Source of the DNA: a virus
Taxonomy: Duplodnaviria > Caudoviricetes
IMG/VR virus record: IMGVR_UViG_3300006162_000030
Coordinates: 1-37,202 of that record
Strand: one strand, 5' to 3'
Length of the DNA: 37,202 nucleotides
This document shows positions 27,401-34,802 of the stretch, piece by piece. The notes under the pieces are model-generated. The model saw only the letters and a list, made by a program, of their open reading frames with translations, was not told the DNA's origin and did no database searches. Every line of letters begins with the position of its first letter. Within the stretch, counting starts at the first letter, position 1. The translations under genes and the position numbers were made by a program.

Positions 27401-27662
27401 GGCGCAGATTGCACAGGGCATGCAGGCCAATGGCTCCATCATCGCGCAGGGCAATGAGCAGATCCTGCGGGCTCTCGAAGACATGGGCGATCAGGCGCAG
27501 GAGATGCACGCGGCGCACGGTGGCTCGGTGGATGCCTTGAAGAGCGCGATCGCGACGCTCCAGGCCAACGCCACGCAGCCGCGGATCCGCACGCTCGGGA
27601 AAGACAAGTTCGGCAAGAAGTTCGCGATCGATCGCATCGCCAAGCCCGAAGAGTTGACGTAG
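24477..27662 (+). CDS. portal protein with a long Gln-rich C-terminal extension
   Basis: Acidic N-terminus, FYANLA, FEGASRAVHPVLAE, LPLGGSQYK, RITH, G.GLLHLIG and IIPVSDP.IFS..QR. Lies downstream of terL. Confidence 0.88.
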   Translation: MLDDDLPAEAQDGSSAIPLDADGMPVGGPPEDTDVPDDGPDSIPDDDVEMQDDGSALVSLGEDDDHSNNNAGDFYANLADGVIDASVLQKRADELLELIERDIEARKERDKQQAEGIQRTGLGGDAPGGAQFEGASRAVHPVLAEQCIDFSAKAMKEIFPPDGPCKTKIIGKSTPEKVDKAERKRKYMNWQMTTKIVETRTQTKKMLTQLPLGGSQYKNWWYDHELKRPRNEFVPIDHVILPSESQDFYSCQRITHRQDITEQKFLSRVDSGMYVDVDIAHPLDPELTSSAKATEKVAGVSLDPYNQDGLRTIYVVNSECEAFDDDKESGGDPTPYIWHIDATTRKVLGLYRNWEEDDETRERMHFLIDYTFIHWRGPQGVGLLHLIGSLSGAITGGLRSILDKALAENSMSGVKLKGGKVSGTSEQPSVGETAELEGPTAGTVDDIRKLYMPYPFPPSTPVLFNTIQWMVDQARGVVSVASDKLADGKNDMPVGSVLALIEQGSGVFSDIHSGLHHSQAQELKVLHRFNKWHLSDKETVEELGDLVVMREDFEGPCDIIPVSDPHIFSETQRYAQMQAVHQLAENPVFMPKANPDGILKRTLNLLHIDNPEELFKFQPEAEDLDPISENMVTALGEQPIKAFQQQDHMAHLKVHLHYLTSPMYGANPLLGPKVLPPLMAHVVEHMTYLYVEHSVAAARAGSLMKMDSKSTDDRFAVTMHLVDYALSNDFQQLGPMFQQAMQLFQQAQQQAQQPPLDPASQVQMKVGMAEVQRKAQADQMNNKTEMTRIQSNHMLETQKQQSQAQLDQGRFQSQNQLDAMIQAQKDAREKEAENARNQREQERLQAENVRADKKLYNDQVLESIKQGHETHRQHLQNITDTIAQHLAPLSQIPEKMAEGGRAQAAQPIVVQQDPEHTQALTKLGEALQRMPDIQNGQMSEHVERQRSAITELIGMIVEGQNRQAQELSHGLQAMGAQIAQGMQANGSIIAQGNEQILRALEDMGDQAQEMHAAHGGSVDALKSAIATLQANATQPRIRTLGKDKFGKKFAIDRIAKPEELT

Positions 27663-27675
27663 GGAGAAGAGGGAG

Positions 27676-28002
27676 ATGACACTGCTGATTACCGACGGAA
27701 ATCCGCGCGGGCTTGGATACCTGGAGATTCGACACGCGGATCCGGTTTCCGGTGCCCCGACGGTGTTCGAGGCCGACACGTATACGTGCTCCCACTGCAA
27801 TGCCGTGGTCGTGCTCAATCCGGCGCGCACGCGGGAGCGCTACAAGTGCCGCGGGTGCAATCACCACATTTGCGACAGCTGCGCGGCGGAACGCGTGGCA
27901 GGCGCAGCGTGCAAAACGATGGCACAAAAATTCGATGAGCATCTTGACGATGTGGCGCGCCGAGGGCCGGACGGTGACGCTTCCTTAATCATTCGGCCGT
28001 AA
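27676..28002 (+). CDS. Cys-rich zinc-finger protein
   Basis: CSHC, CRGC, HHICDSC and a further Cys. GGGAG RBS. Confidence 0.75.
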   Translation: MTLLITDGNPRGLGYLEIRHADPVSGAPTVFEADTYTCSHCNAVVVLNPARTRERYKCRGCNHHICDSCAAERVAGAACKTMAQKFDEHLDDVARRGPDGDASLIIRP

Positions 28003-28023
28003 CTTCACGAAAGGACCAACGCA

Positions 28024-28518
28024 ATGGCACGCTACTCTGCAACATTCTCGTCCGTCACGCTGGCCGCGCTCGCGGACACCGTCGCTGCCACCAACGCCAC
28101 CTACCCCGGCAGTCTCCGAAACGGCGGCGCCACGGTGCAGACCAAGATCAACGAGGTCTACATCGGTGGTGAGTCGGGCGCTTCGAACCCCTGCACGATG
28201 ATCCTGGCGCGAGCTTCGACGCTCTCCGTCGGAGCGCTGTCGGTGGGCAACAACGCGCTGATGGACTTCAACTCTACGGCGCCGGGTACCACGGCGAGCT
28301 GGGGCAATACGGCAGCCACTTCCGGCGCGCAGCGCTCCTCGACGCTCTATCTCCTGCAGCTCTCGCTCAATGCGTACGGCGGCATTGCGCGCTGGCAGGC
28401 CCGCTACGGCGAGGAGATCACGACCTTTGGCAACACGGCCACGGGTGGTGAGGTGCTGCTCTCCAGCAAGACGGGTACAGGGCAGGTCTCCGGTCACATG
28501 ATCTACGAATTGGTGTGA
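28024..28518 (+). CDS. putative virion structural beta-protein (164 aa)
   Basis: A/T/G/S-rich with few charges. AAGGA RBS. Confidence 0.65.
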   Translation: MARYSATFSSVTLAALADTVAATNATYPGSLRNGGATVQTKINEVYIGGESGASNPCTMILARASTLSVGALSVGNNALMDFNSTAPGTTASWGNTAATSGAQRSSTLYLLQLSLNAYGGIARWQARYGEEITTFGNTATGGEVLLSSKTGTGQVSGHMIYELV

Positions 28519-28528
28519 CGTAAGGATC

Positions 28529-28548
28529 GGAACCGGGAGGGGTTCCGC
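28529..28548 (+). other. intergenic hairpin
   Basis: CGGAACC-GGGAGG-GGTTCCG, a 7-bp stem. Confidence 0.45.
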
Positions 28549-28568
28549 TCCGCATCTGAGAATTTGCA

Positions 28569-31136
28569 ATGGCAATCGCCGCATCCGCCACCGCTGCCGT
28601 ATCGAACTCCGCCGCTGCCGCAAGCTCGGTGACGGTGACGCGTACGCATGCGAACAGCGACACGGTGGTGGTCGTTGTCACGACGGTTGTCACGACTGCA
28701 CCAGCGCCTTCGGCAACGTCCGTCACGGATACGGGCGGTTCCAAGTATCGTCTCATCGCTGCCGGGTACAACAGCACGAAGCTCACTCGCGTGGAGATTT
28801 GGGCCACGAATGCGAGTGCGGCAGTGGCTTCCACAGCCGTTACGGTCAATGTGCCTGCATCGAGCAATGTCGCCGCGGCGGTGTTTTCCTACACGGGCGT
28901 CGTGGCGCTCGGCACGACGAACGTCACGACGGGCTCTGCTGCCAACCCGACGATCGCGGCAACGACGGTCGATGCGAACAACTGGGTGGTGGCGGGGTTT
29001 GTCAGCAACGTTGCGACGGCGCCCACGGCAGGGACCGGGACGCTGCGCACGGCCCTCGCATTTTCTGGACAACTTGATTCCGTAAGCCTCAACGACAACA
29101 CCGCAGCCGCTGCTGGCTCGGTCACGAACGGCGTCACGGCAACGGCCACCAACTGGGCCATGGCGGCGCTGGAGCTGCGCTCTGCGAGCTCGCCCGCGCC
29201 CGGTACGGGACAGGCTGGGGAGTACGACAACGCGAATAAGCAGCGCGGCGTGGGGCAGGTGCTTGTCACGGGGCTTGCGACTGCGCTCATGCCGATTGTG
29301 CCGCTGCCGCTTCCTCTGCAGCACAACAACGAAACGATGGTGGCGCAGGTTCACCATCCGAGCCACAACCTCGTCATCAACGCCGACACGTCGCGCGGCA
29401 CGCCCAAGACGCTGACGCAGGATGCAACGCAGCAGGTTCGCGACTACCCGTTCCTACAGGCTGATGGGCGCGCGGTTTACAAGATTCCGCTGGAAACTTC
29501 ACGCGGCACGCCGCTCGTGCTCACGGCGGCAGTCGTCAATCCGTTCTTGCCTGCGCCGCATCAGGCGCCGCCCAAGGTCTGGTGGCAGCCTCCTGATACT
29601 TCGAAGGGCATCCCCAAGACGCTCACGGCGGATGCGACTGCCCCGGTCGGGGAACAGGTCGACAATTTCTCGGCGGCGTGGGTCGATCCGCAGCAGACGC
29701 TGCTCGCGACGAACACCTCGCAATCGACTCCGCTCACGCTCTTCCCCGCAGCCGCGCCGCCCCTGCCACCAGGACAGCCCACGCCGCAAAGCGTGCTGCC
29801 AGGGCCGCAGCGCGTTCAGCCCGAGTCGAGCACGGCGAGCCCCCTCGCGCTCCTCGCGCAGCCGCTGCCGGTCGGTGCAGGTACGCCACAGAGCGTGCCG
29901 GATAAGCCGCGCTGGCAGCCGCCTGACACGACGAACACGCAGCCCAAGACGCTCTACGGCGATGCGACGACACCTGCGCTCAATTCCACCTGGACGCCGC
30001 CCGATCGGGTGCGCCCGGTTGTTGATACATCGCTCTCGACGCCGGGAGCGCTCCTCACCGCGCCGCTACCGCCCTTCACGCCGCCTCCGCACTACGCGCC
30101 GATCCGCTACCCCTGGCTGCCTGCGGATACGAGCCAAGCGGCGCCCAAGGTCACGTATGGCGACCTGACGACTCCGTTCTTCGTCGAGCCGCACACCGCG
30201 CCCGATCGCATCCGCCCTGTCGTTGACACGACGCAGGAGACGCCGCCGATCCTCACGGCGGTGCTGCCGCCTCCGTTCGTACCAGCGCCGCACCTTGCGC
30301 CCCAGCGCTACCCGTGGCTGCCTGCGGATACGAGCCAGAGCTCGGGTAAGGCGACCTACGCTGACAGCACGACGCCGTTCAGCAACTCGACGTGGACCGC
30401 GCCCGATCGGGTGCGGCCTGTCGTCGATACGTCGCAATCGACGCCTGGAAGTTTGTTGTCGATCCCACCGGCGCCATTCGTTCCGCCGCCGCACTTTGCA
30501 CCGGTCAAGTTCTTCTGGCAGCCCGCAGACACCAGCCAGTCCGTCAGCGCGCTCCTCAATCCCGATAGCACGATACCGTTCTTCAACGCGCCGCAGTTCC
30601 TGGCGGACCGCGTTCGTCCTGTCGTCGACACGACCCAGCAATCGCCTCTGATCGCGACTGCAGTCCTTCCCGCACCGATCGTCAACGCGCCGCAGTTCAT
30701 GGTGGATCGTGTTCGCCCGGTCACGGATACCTCGCAGTCCTCGCCGCTTGCGCTCCTCTCTTTCCTTGCGCCGCCCTTCGTACCCGGACCGCACTATGGG
30801 CCGCAGCGCTTCATCTTCCAGCCTGCGGACACGAGCCAGTCAGTCAGTGCGCTCATCAATCCCGACAGCACGACGCCCTTCTTCAACGCTCCGCCGCATC
30901 AGGCGGATCGGGTGCGTCCGGTCACGGATACGACGCTCTCTTCCCCGATCGTTCTGCAGATCACGCCCCTGCCCCCCACGAACAATGCTCCGAGCGCTGA
31001 GCGGCGGATCCGGCAACAGATCATGGGGGTTTCGCAAAGCGTGAGGGTTGCAGTCTCCGAACAGCGTCGTAAACTCATCGATTATCTCGTCGAGACGCAG
31101 GACGATGACGACGATGACGATTTGCTCTTGATGTAG
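28569..31136 (+). CDS. putative virion fibre protein: N-terminal beta domain + Pro-rich tandem repeats + acidic tail
   Basis: 855 aa with a T/A/V-rich N-terminal domain of about 205 aa, repeated QPADTS and DRVRPVVDT units, and the ending DDDDDDLLLM. Confidence 0.7.
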   Translation: MAIAASATAAVSNSAAAASSVTVTRTHANSDTVVVVVTTVVTTAPAPSATSVTDTGGSKYRLIAAGYNSTKLTRVEIWATNASAAVASTAVTVNVPASSNVAAAVFSYTGVVALGTTNVTTGSAANPTIAATTVDANNWVVAGFVSNVATAPTAGTGTLRTALAFSGQLDSVSLNDNTAAAAGSVTNGVTATATNWAMAALELRSASSPAPGTGQAGEYDNANKQRGVGQVLVTGLATALMPIVPLPLPLQHNNETMVAQVHHPSHNLVINADTSRGTPKTLTQDATQQVRDYPFLQADGRAVYKIPLETSRGTPLVLTAAVVNPFLPAPHQAPPKVWWQPPDTSKGIPKTLTADATAPVGEQVDNFSAAWVDPQQTLLATNTSQSTPLTLFPAAAPPLPPGQPTPQSVLPGPQRVQPESSTASPLALLAQPLPVGAGTPQSVPDKPRWQPPDTTNTQPKTLYGDATTPALNSTWTPPDRVRPVVDTSLSTPGALLTAPLPPFTPPPHYAPIRYPWLPADTSQAAPKVTYGDLTTPFFVEPHTAPDRIRPVVDTTQETPPILTAVLPPPFVPAPHLAPQRYPWLPADTSQSSGKATYADSTTPFSNSTWTAPDRVRPVVDTSQSTPGSLLSIPPAPFVPPPHFAPVKFFWQPADTSQSVSALLNPDSTIPFFNAPQFLADRVRPVVDTTQQSPLIATAVLPAPIVNAPQFMVDRVRPVTDTSQSSPLALLSFLAPPFVPGPHYGPQRFIFQPADTSQSVSALINPDSTTPFFNAPPHQADRVRPVTDTTLSSPIVLQITPLPPTNNAPSAERRIRQQIMGVSQSVRVAVSEQRRKLIDYLVETQDDDDDDDLLLM
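29910..30950 (+). repeat. in-frame 201-nt (67-aa) tandem repeat built of two ~33-aa half units
   Basis: CTGCGGATACGAGCCA recurs at 30121 and 30322 (201 nt apart). There are six DR(V/I)RPV(V/T)DT motifs. Confidence 0.85.
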
Positions 31137-31178
31137 GACCGCGCGGCGCGGAACGCCGAACGAGAAAGGAGTGGAATC

Positions 31179-31322
31179 ATGGCAACGAAGAAAGAATCCC
31201 CGATGAAGGGCGGTCCCATCGATCAGCATAAAAAACTCGCAATGGGTATGAAGGTCACGGGACAGACGCTCAAGAAGGGTGGCAAGGTCGAGAAGAAGGC
31301 GCACGGCGGGAGGGGGTGCTGA
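31179..31322 (+). CDS. small Lys-rich protein (47 aa)
   Basis: Not in the ORF track. AAAGGAG RBS, then MATKKESPMKGGPIDQHKKLAMGMKVTGQTLKKGGKVEKKAHGGRGC. Confidence 0.7.
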   Translation: MATKKESPMKGGPIDQHKKLAMGMKVTGQTLKKGGKVEKKAHGGRGC

Positions 31323-31323
31323 G

Positions 31324-31572
31324 ATGGCCGAACTCCCGATCTCTCCGCGAAAGCGGCTCGCCATGGGCCATGAGCCGCGGCAGGATCCGCGCTCCGGCGG
31401 TATGGTGATTCCGCGCCCTGGCAAGGCGACGATCAAGAACGACGAGGAGCCCACCAAGCATGCGACGAAGGTGCTGGGGTCCGACAAGCCGGATCTTGAA
31501 TCCCGCGCCGGGGTCGATCACAAGGGAACCGACAAGGGTCGCCGCGTCGGCGTTGCGAAGGGTCGTCCGTGA
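31324..31572 (+). CDS. small basic protein (82 aa)
   Basis: Starts MAELPISPRKRLAMG one base after the upstream stop. Confidence 0.65.
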   Translation: MAELPISPRKRLAMGHEPRQDPRSGGMVIPRPGKATIKNDEEPTKHATKVLGSDKPDLESRAGVDHKGTDKGRRVGVAKGRP

Positions 31573-31751
31573 TCGAAAAGCTGCATGCGAGGCTTCTCGA
31601 AGAGCGTGAGAACGCTCGCGCAGCGATATTCGAGCACGGTTCGATCGACGAGAACTCTTTTGCAAACTATCTCGTAGCGCGCGGTCGTGACCAGGGACTC
31701 AGCATGGCGATTGGGTTCATCGAGGAAATTTTGGGAGGCGCAAGGAAATGA
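31569..31751 (+). CDS. small helical hypothetical protein
   Basis: 60 aa containing Y...GRDQGL..AI..I; GTGA and ATGA overlaps. Confidence 0.7.
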   Translation: MIEKLHARLLEERENARAAIFEHGSIDENSFANYLVARGRDQGLSMAIGFIEEILGGARK

Positions 31752-31969
31752 CGCAAGTCAATGAGTTCCTTATCAAGTGGGCGGACGGCACGGAGAGCGT
31801 GCACCGAAGCTCGGAGCACAGCACCGTGGACGATGTCGCCAACTCCGTCTTCGGGAAACCGACGGCGGCGGAAGTGGAAGCATCTTCCGGCCACGTCATC
31901 ACATCCGCCGCGCAAGCTCCGGCGCCCGTCGTTGCAGCAGCTGAAGAGAACGCCCCCGAGGAGAACTGA
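31748..31969 (+). CDS. hypothetical acidic protein
   Basis: 73 aa with an ATGA overlap. Confidence 0.65.
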   Translation: MTQVNEFLIKWADGTESVHRSSEHSTVDDVANSVFGKPTAAEVEASSGHVITSAAQAPAPVVAAAEENAPEEN

Positions 31970-31970
31970 C

Positions 31971-32252
31971 ATGGGATCACCCAAGGGCAGTCGCCCTGGA
32001 TCACGCGGTGCCGCCAAGGCGTTGCTGCCTTCGGAAGCCCGTATGTCGCGCGCAGGCCCCATGCCGATTCTGCCTCCGCCCTCTGCGGCGCAGCTCGCTC
32101 CCGCTCCTGGCGGGATGATGGGCCCGGGTGGTGCAGGTGGCGCTCCCGGCCCCGTTCCGATGGGGCCTCCGGGAGCCGGTGGTGGCATGAAGAAGGGCGG
32201 GAGCAAGAAGGCGAAGAAGAGTCGCTTGGCGGAAACGCTCAAGCGCAAGTAA
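31971..32252 (+). CDS. G/P/K-rich low-complexity protein
   Basis: GAGGAG RBS before MGSPKGSRPG; contains GGGMKKGGSKK. Confidence 0.65.
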   Translation: MGSPKGSRPGSRGAAKALLPSEARMSRAGPMPILPPPSAAQLAPAPGGMMGPGGAGGAPGPVPMGPPGAGGGMKKGGSKKAKKSRLAETLKRK

Positions 32253-32271
32253 CCCAGTCAGAGGAGGTTTC

Positions 32272-32799
32272 ATGGGTGTTTTGTCGAGGGAGGATGTGAA
32301 GGCCATCGATCAGATTCTCGAAGGCCAGCACATCGCAGCGCAAAGGGAGACGGAAGGGTTCGAGAGGATGCCGGGGCAGGATACGGTGGATCTCGCGCCG
32401 CAGACGCTGGAGGATGCGTTTCCTTCGGATGTCGAGCCGAACTTCGTTCCGTTTGGTACGCGGTTGCTCGTGCAGATGCGCAGGCCGCAAATGAAGAGCC
32501 GGGGAGGGATCATTCTCTCCGGTGTGACGCAGCAGGACATCAGTTGGAACCAGCAGGTTGCGAAGGTGGTTGCACTGGGTCCGTTGTGCTTTCGTCATCG
32601 CGAGACGGGAGAGCCTTGGCCGGAAGGAATGTGGGCACAGGTGGGCGATTTCGTGCGGGTACCGCGCTGGAACGGTGACCGCATCGTGGTCGCTGCTCCG
32701 GATGGCGGTGCAAGCGTGACGTTCGTCTGCTTCAATGACCACGAGATCATCGGCAAGGTGCTTGGCGATCCGCTCAAGATGCGGGTCTACATTTTGTGA
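32272..32799 (+). CDS. groES: GroES-like co-chaperonin
   Basis: PFGTRLLVQ..KSRGGIILS..AKVVALGP..QVGDFV.VPRWNG..FNDHEIIGKV matches the Cpn10 pattern. GAGGAGG RBS. Confidence 0.85.
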   Translation: MGVLSREDVKAIDQILEGQHIAAQRETEGFERMPGQDTVDLAPQTLEDAFPSDVEPNFVPFGTRLLVQMRRPQMKSRGGIILSGVTQQDISWNQQVAKVVALGPLCFRHRETGEPWPEGMWAQVGDFVRVPRWNGDRIVVAAPDGGASVTFVCFNDHEIIGKVLGDPLKMRVYIL

Positions 32800-32822
32800 A
32801 CGTTCCGAAAGGGGATGGGGAA

Positions 32823-33914
32823 ATGGCAGAGAATCAGGAAGAGCAGAACGCGGCGCCGCCCGGCGCTGCAGTGGAAGAGGAGGCTCCGCAGATCCGCACC
32901 AACGAGGATGGCTCCGTTGATGTGGATGGCGAGGGCAACGTCCTTGCCGCAGGCGAGGAGCGCAGCACCCGGCACGACGAGGACGAGTTCGAGGAAGTCG
33001 CAACGCACGACGCATCCGGTCGCCGGTACACCGACGAGGAGCGTGAGCGCATGCGCGCGGACCGGCGTGATGAAAAGCGCCGCCGCCGTACCGCCCGGCG
33101 TGATCGCGAAGACAGGCTGCGCGTCACGGTGGATTCGCAGAACCGCGTCATCAGTGAACTCACGCAGCGTCTCGCAGCGCTCGAAGGCCGCGGCGCGGTA
33201 GGAGAGCTGCAGCAGCTGGAGCGCAACATCCAGGAAGCCAAGGATGCGGCAAACTGGTTCAAGGAGCAGATGGCCGAGGCCATCAAGGCGAACGACGGCA
33301 CGGCGGCGGCGGATTTTTCCGCACGCATGACGCAGGCCGCGCAGCGCTCCGAGCAGCTTGCCAATGTGCGCACCGCGTACCTCAATCAGCAGAACCAACC
33401 GCGCCCGGCACCGCTTGATCCACGCCACCAGACGCTCGCCAACGAGTGGATGGCGGAGAATCGGTGGTACAACCCGGCAAGTCCTACGGACCCCGATTCG
33501 CGAGTAGCTCTCGCGATCGACGAGGGACTTTCCAAGGAGCCGGGGCGCGATCCCACTTCGCCCGAGTACTGGGACGAGCTCACCCGTCGCATGAAGAAGT
33601 ACCTACCGCACCGATACGCCGCCATGGACCGCAACCGCAACAACGATGATCGAGACGATGGCGACGATGCGCCGGAGGACAATCGCAACGGACGCGCTGC
33701 ACAGGGCGCGGAGCGGCGCAGGCCCGCAGCTCCCAAGTTCAACGGCTCTGGTGGTGGGGGCGCCGACAATAGCGGTTCCAAGGGCACGTACCGGCTCTCC
33801 AAGGAGCGTGTCGAGGCCATGCAGCAGGCGGGAATGTGGAACGATCCCGTGAAGCGTGCTCGCATGGTGAAGCGGTATCAGGAAATGGACCGGGCTTCCG
33901 GTTCGCAACGGTAG
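32823..33914 (+). CDS. putative capsid scaffolding protein
   Basis: Acidic N-terminus, long coiled coil, W...N.WY and EYWDEL..R. Lies upstream of the capsid genes. Confidence 0.65.
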   Translation: MAENQEEQNAAPPGAAVEEEAPQIRTNEDGSVDVDGEGNVLAAGEERSTRHDEDEFEEVATHDASGRRYTDEERERMRADRRDEKRRRRTARRDREDRLRVTVDSQNRVISELTQRLAALEGRGAVGELQQLERNIQEAKDAANWFKEQMAEAIKANDGTAAADFSARMTQAAQRSEQLANVRTAYLNQQNQPRPAPLDPRHQTLANEWMAENRWYNPASPTDPDSRVALAIDEGLSKEPGRDPTSPEYWDELTRRMKKYLPHRYAAMDRNRNNDDRDDGDDAPEDNRNGRAAQGAERRRPAAPKFNGSGGGGADNSGSKGTYRLSKERVEAMQQAGMWNDPVKRARMVKRYQEMDRASGSQR

Positions 33915-33923
33915 GAGGACGAC

Positions 33924-34508
33924 ATGGCACGCACTGTTGGAAGCGAAGACAACCGTCTGCGCAAGCGCGACGGCGAAGCAGCGCAGCGCGGCAATCCCGC
34001 CGCTGCGCAGGACCGGGATCGGGTGATGGAGGACGGAACGGCAATGTCGATGGAGGATCGTCGTCGCCAGATCCGCAACGAGTGGCAGCAAAGCGTGCTG
34101 CCCACGCCTCCGGAGATCCCCGGGTTTCACACTTGCTGGCTCTCCACCACGCACCCCACCGACACGGTCCATCGTCGTCTCAAGCTCGGCTACGCGCTCG
34201 TGCGCAAGGACGAGGTGGAGAACTTCGAGGTCGAGCGCGGTGTGCAGTCGGGCACCAGCCAGTACTCGGACTACGTCACCTGCAACGAGATGGTTCTGGC
34301 GAAGATCCCCAGCGAAATCTACCAAGTCGCAATGGCGGAGTTCCACCACTACCAGCCGCGCGACGAGGAGCGCGCCATTCGCGAGCGCATGGGGCAAAAC
34401 GCCAGCCAGATCAACGAGGAGGCGGGGCGCAATGTCGTGACGACGGAGGGCGATGGATTCAACAAGCTCGGGAATCTCCCCGAGACGCCGCCCGTCTTTT
34501 CCGACTGA
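33924..34508 (+). CDS. conserved head-module hypothetical protein
   Basis: W..SVLPTPP.IPGFHTCWL...R.KLGY.LV...EMVLAKIP, with AGGAGG RBS. Confidence 0.75.
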   Translation: MARTVGSEDNRLRKRDGEAAQRGNPAAAQDRDRVMEDGTAMSMEDRRRQIRNEWQQSVLPTPPEIPGFHTCWLSTTHPTDTVHRRLKLGYALVRKDEVENFEVERGVQSGTSQYSDYVTCNEMVLAKIPSEIYQVAMAEFHHYQPRDEERAIRERMGQNASQINEEAGRNVVTTEGDGFNKLGNLPETPPVFSD

Positions 34509-34513
34509 AGCTC

Positions 34514-34543
34514 TTTACAACTCCGCGACAGGCGGTGTATCCT
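34514..34543 (+). promoter_or_regulatory. possible sigma70-like promoter for the capsid operon
   Basis: TTTACA-18 nt-TATCCT immediately before a strong hairpin. Confidence 0.5.
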
Positions 34544-34544
34544 T

Positions 34545-34790
34545 GACCCCGCGAAGCGTCTGGACACTTTCCAGCGTTTCCGGGGTCTTTTGCAGCTGGG
34601 GTAGGTCAACTCGGCGCCAGGACCGCGGAAACGCAAGACTGGGGCTCCCGAGCTACAAATCTTCGCGGGCGGTCATCCATAGCAGCCCAGTAGGGTCGCA
34701 GCCGTAGGTCGAGGCTCCCCTGGCGGCGCTCGGTGCCAAGCTCTGGAGAAGGTTGTTCGCAGCATGCGGTTTTTGCTGTTCAACCTTCAA
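34545..34790 (+). ncRNA. candidate structured RNA leader of the capsid genes
   Basis: Long hairpin at 34545-34587, a GCG-GAAA-CGC tetraloop hairpin inside CCAG/CTGG, and hairpin GAAGGTTG/CAACCTTC at 34748-34788 next to the RBS. Confidence 0.5.
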
Positions 34791-34802
34791 CTGGAGATTC
34801 GT

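Noticed and set aside
29910-30950. Regularly spaced DNA repeats considered as a CRISPR array or DGR template/variable pair
   Set aside because: The period is 201 nt, in frame, with synonymous variation and similar intervening sequence. No cas or reverse transcriptase gene is in the window. It is a protein repeat.
34600-34660. Resemblance to SRP RNA domain IV or a c-di-GMP riboswitch
   Set aside because: Only a GNRA hairpin is shared and the diagnostic conserved nucleotides are absent. Kept as an unassigned structured RNA.
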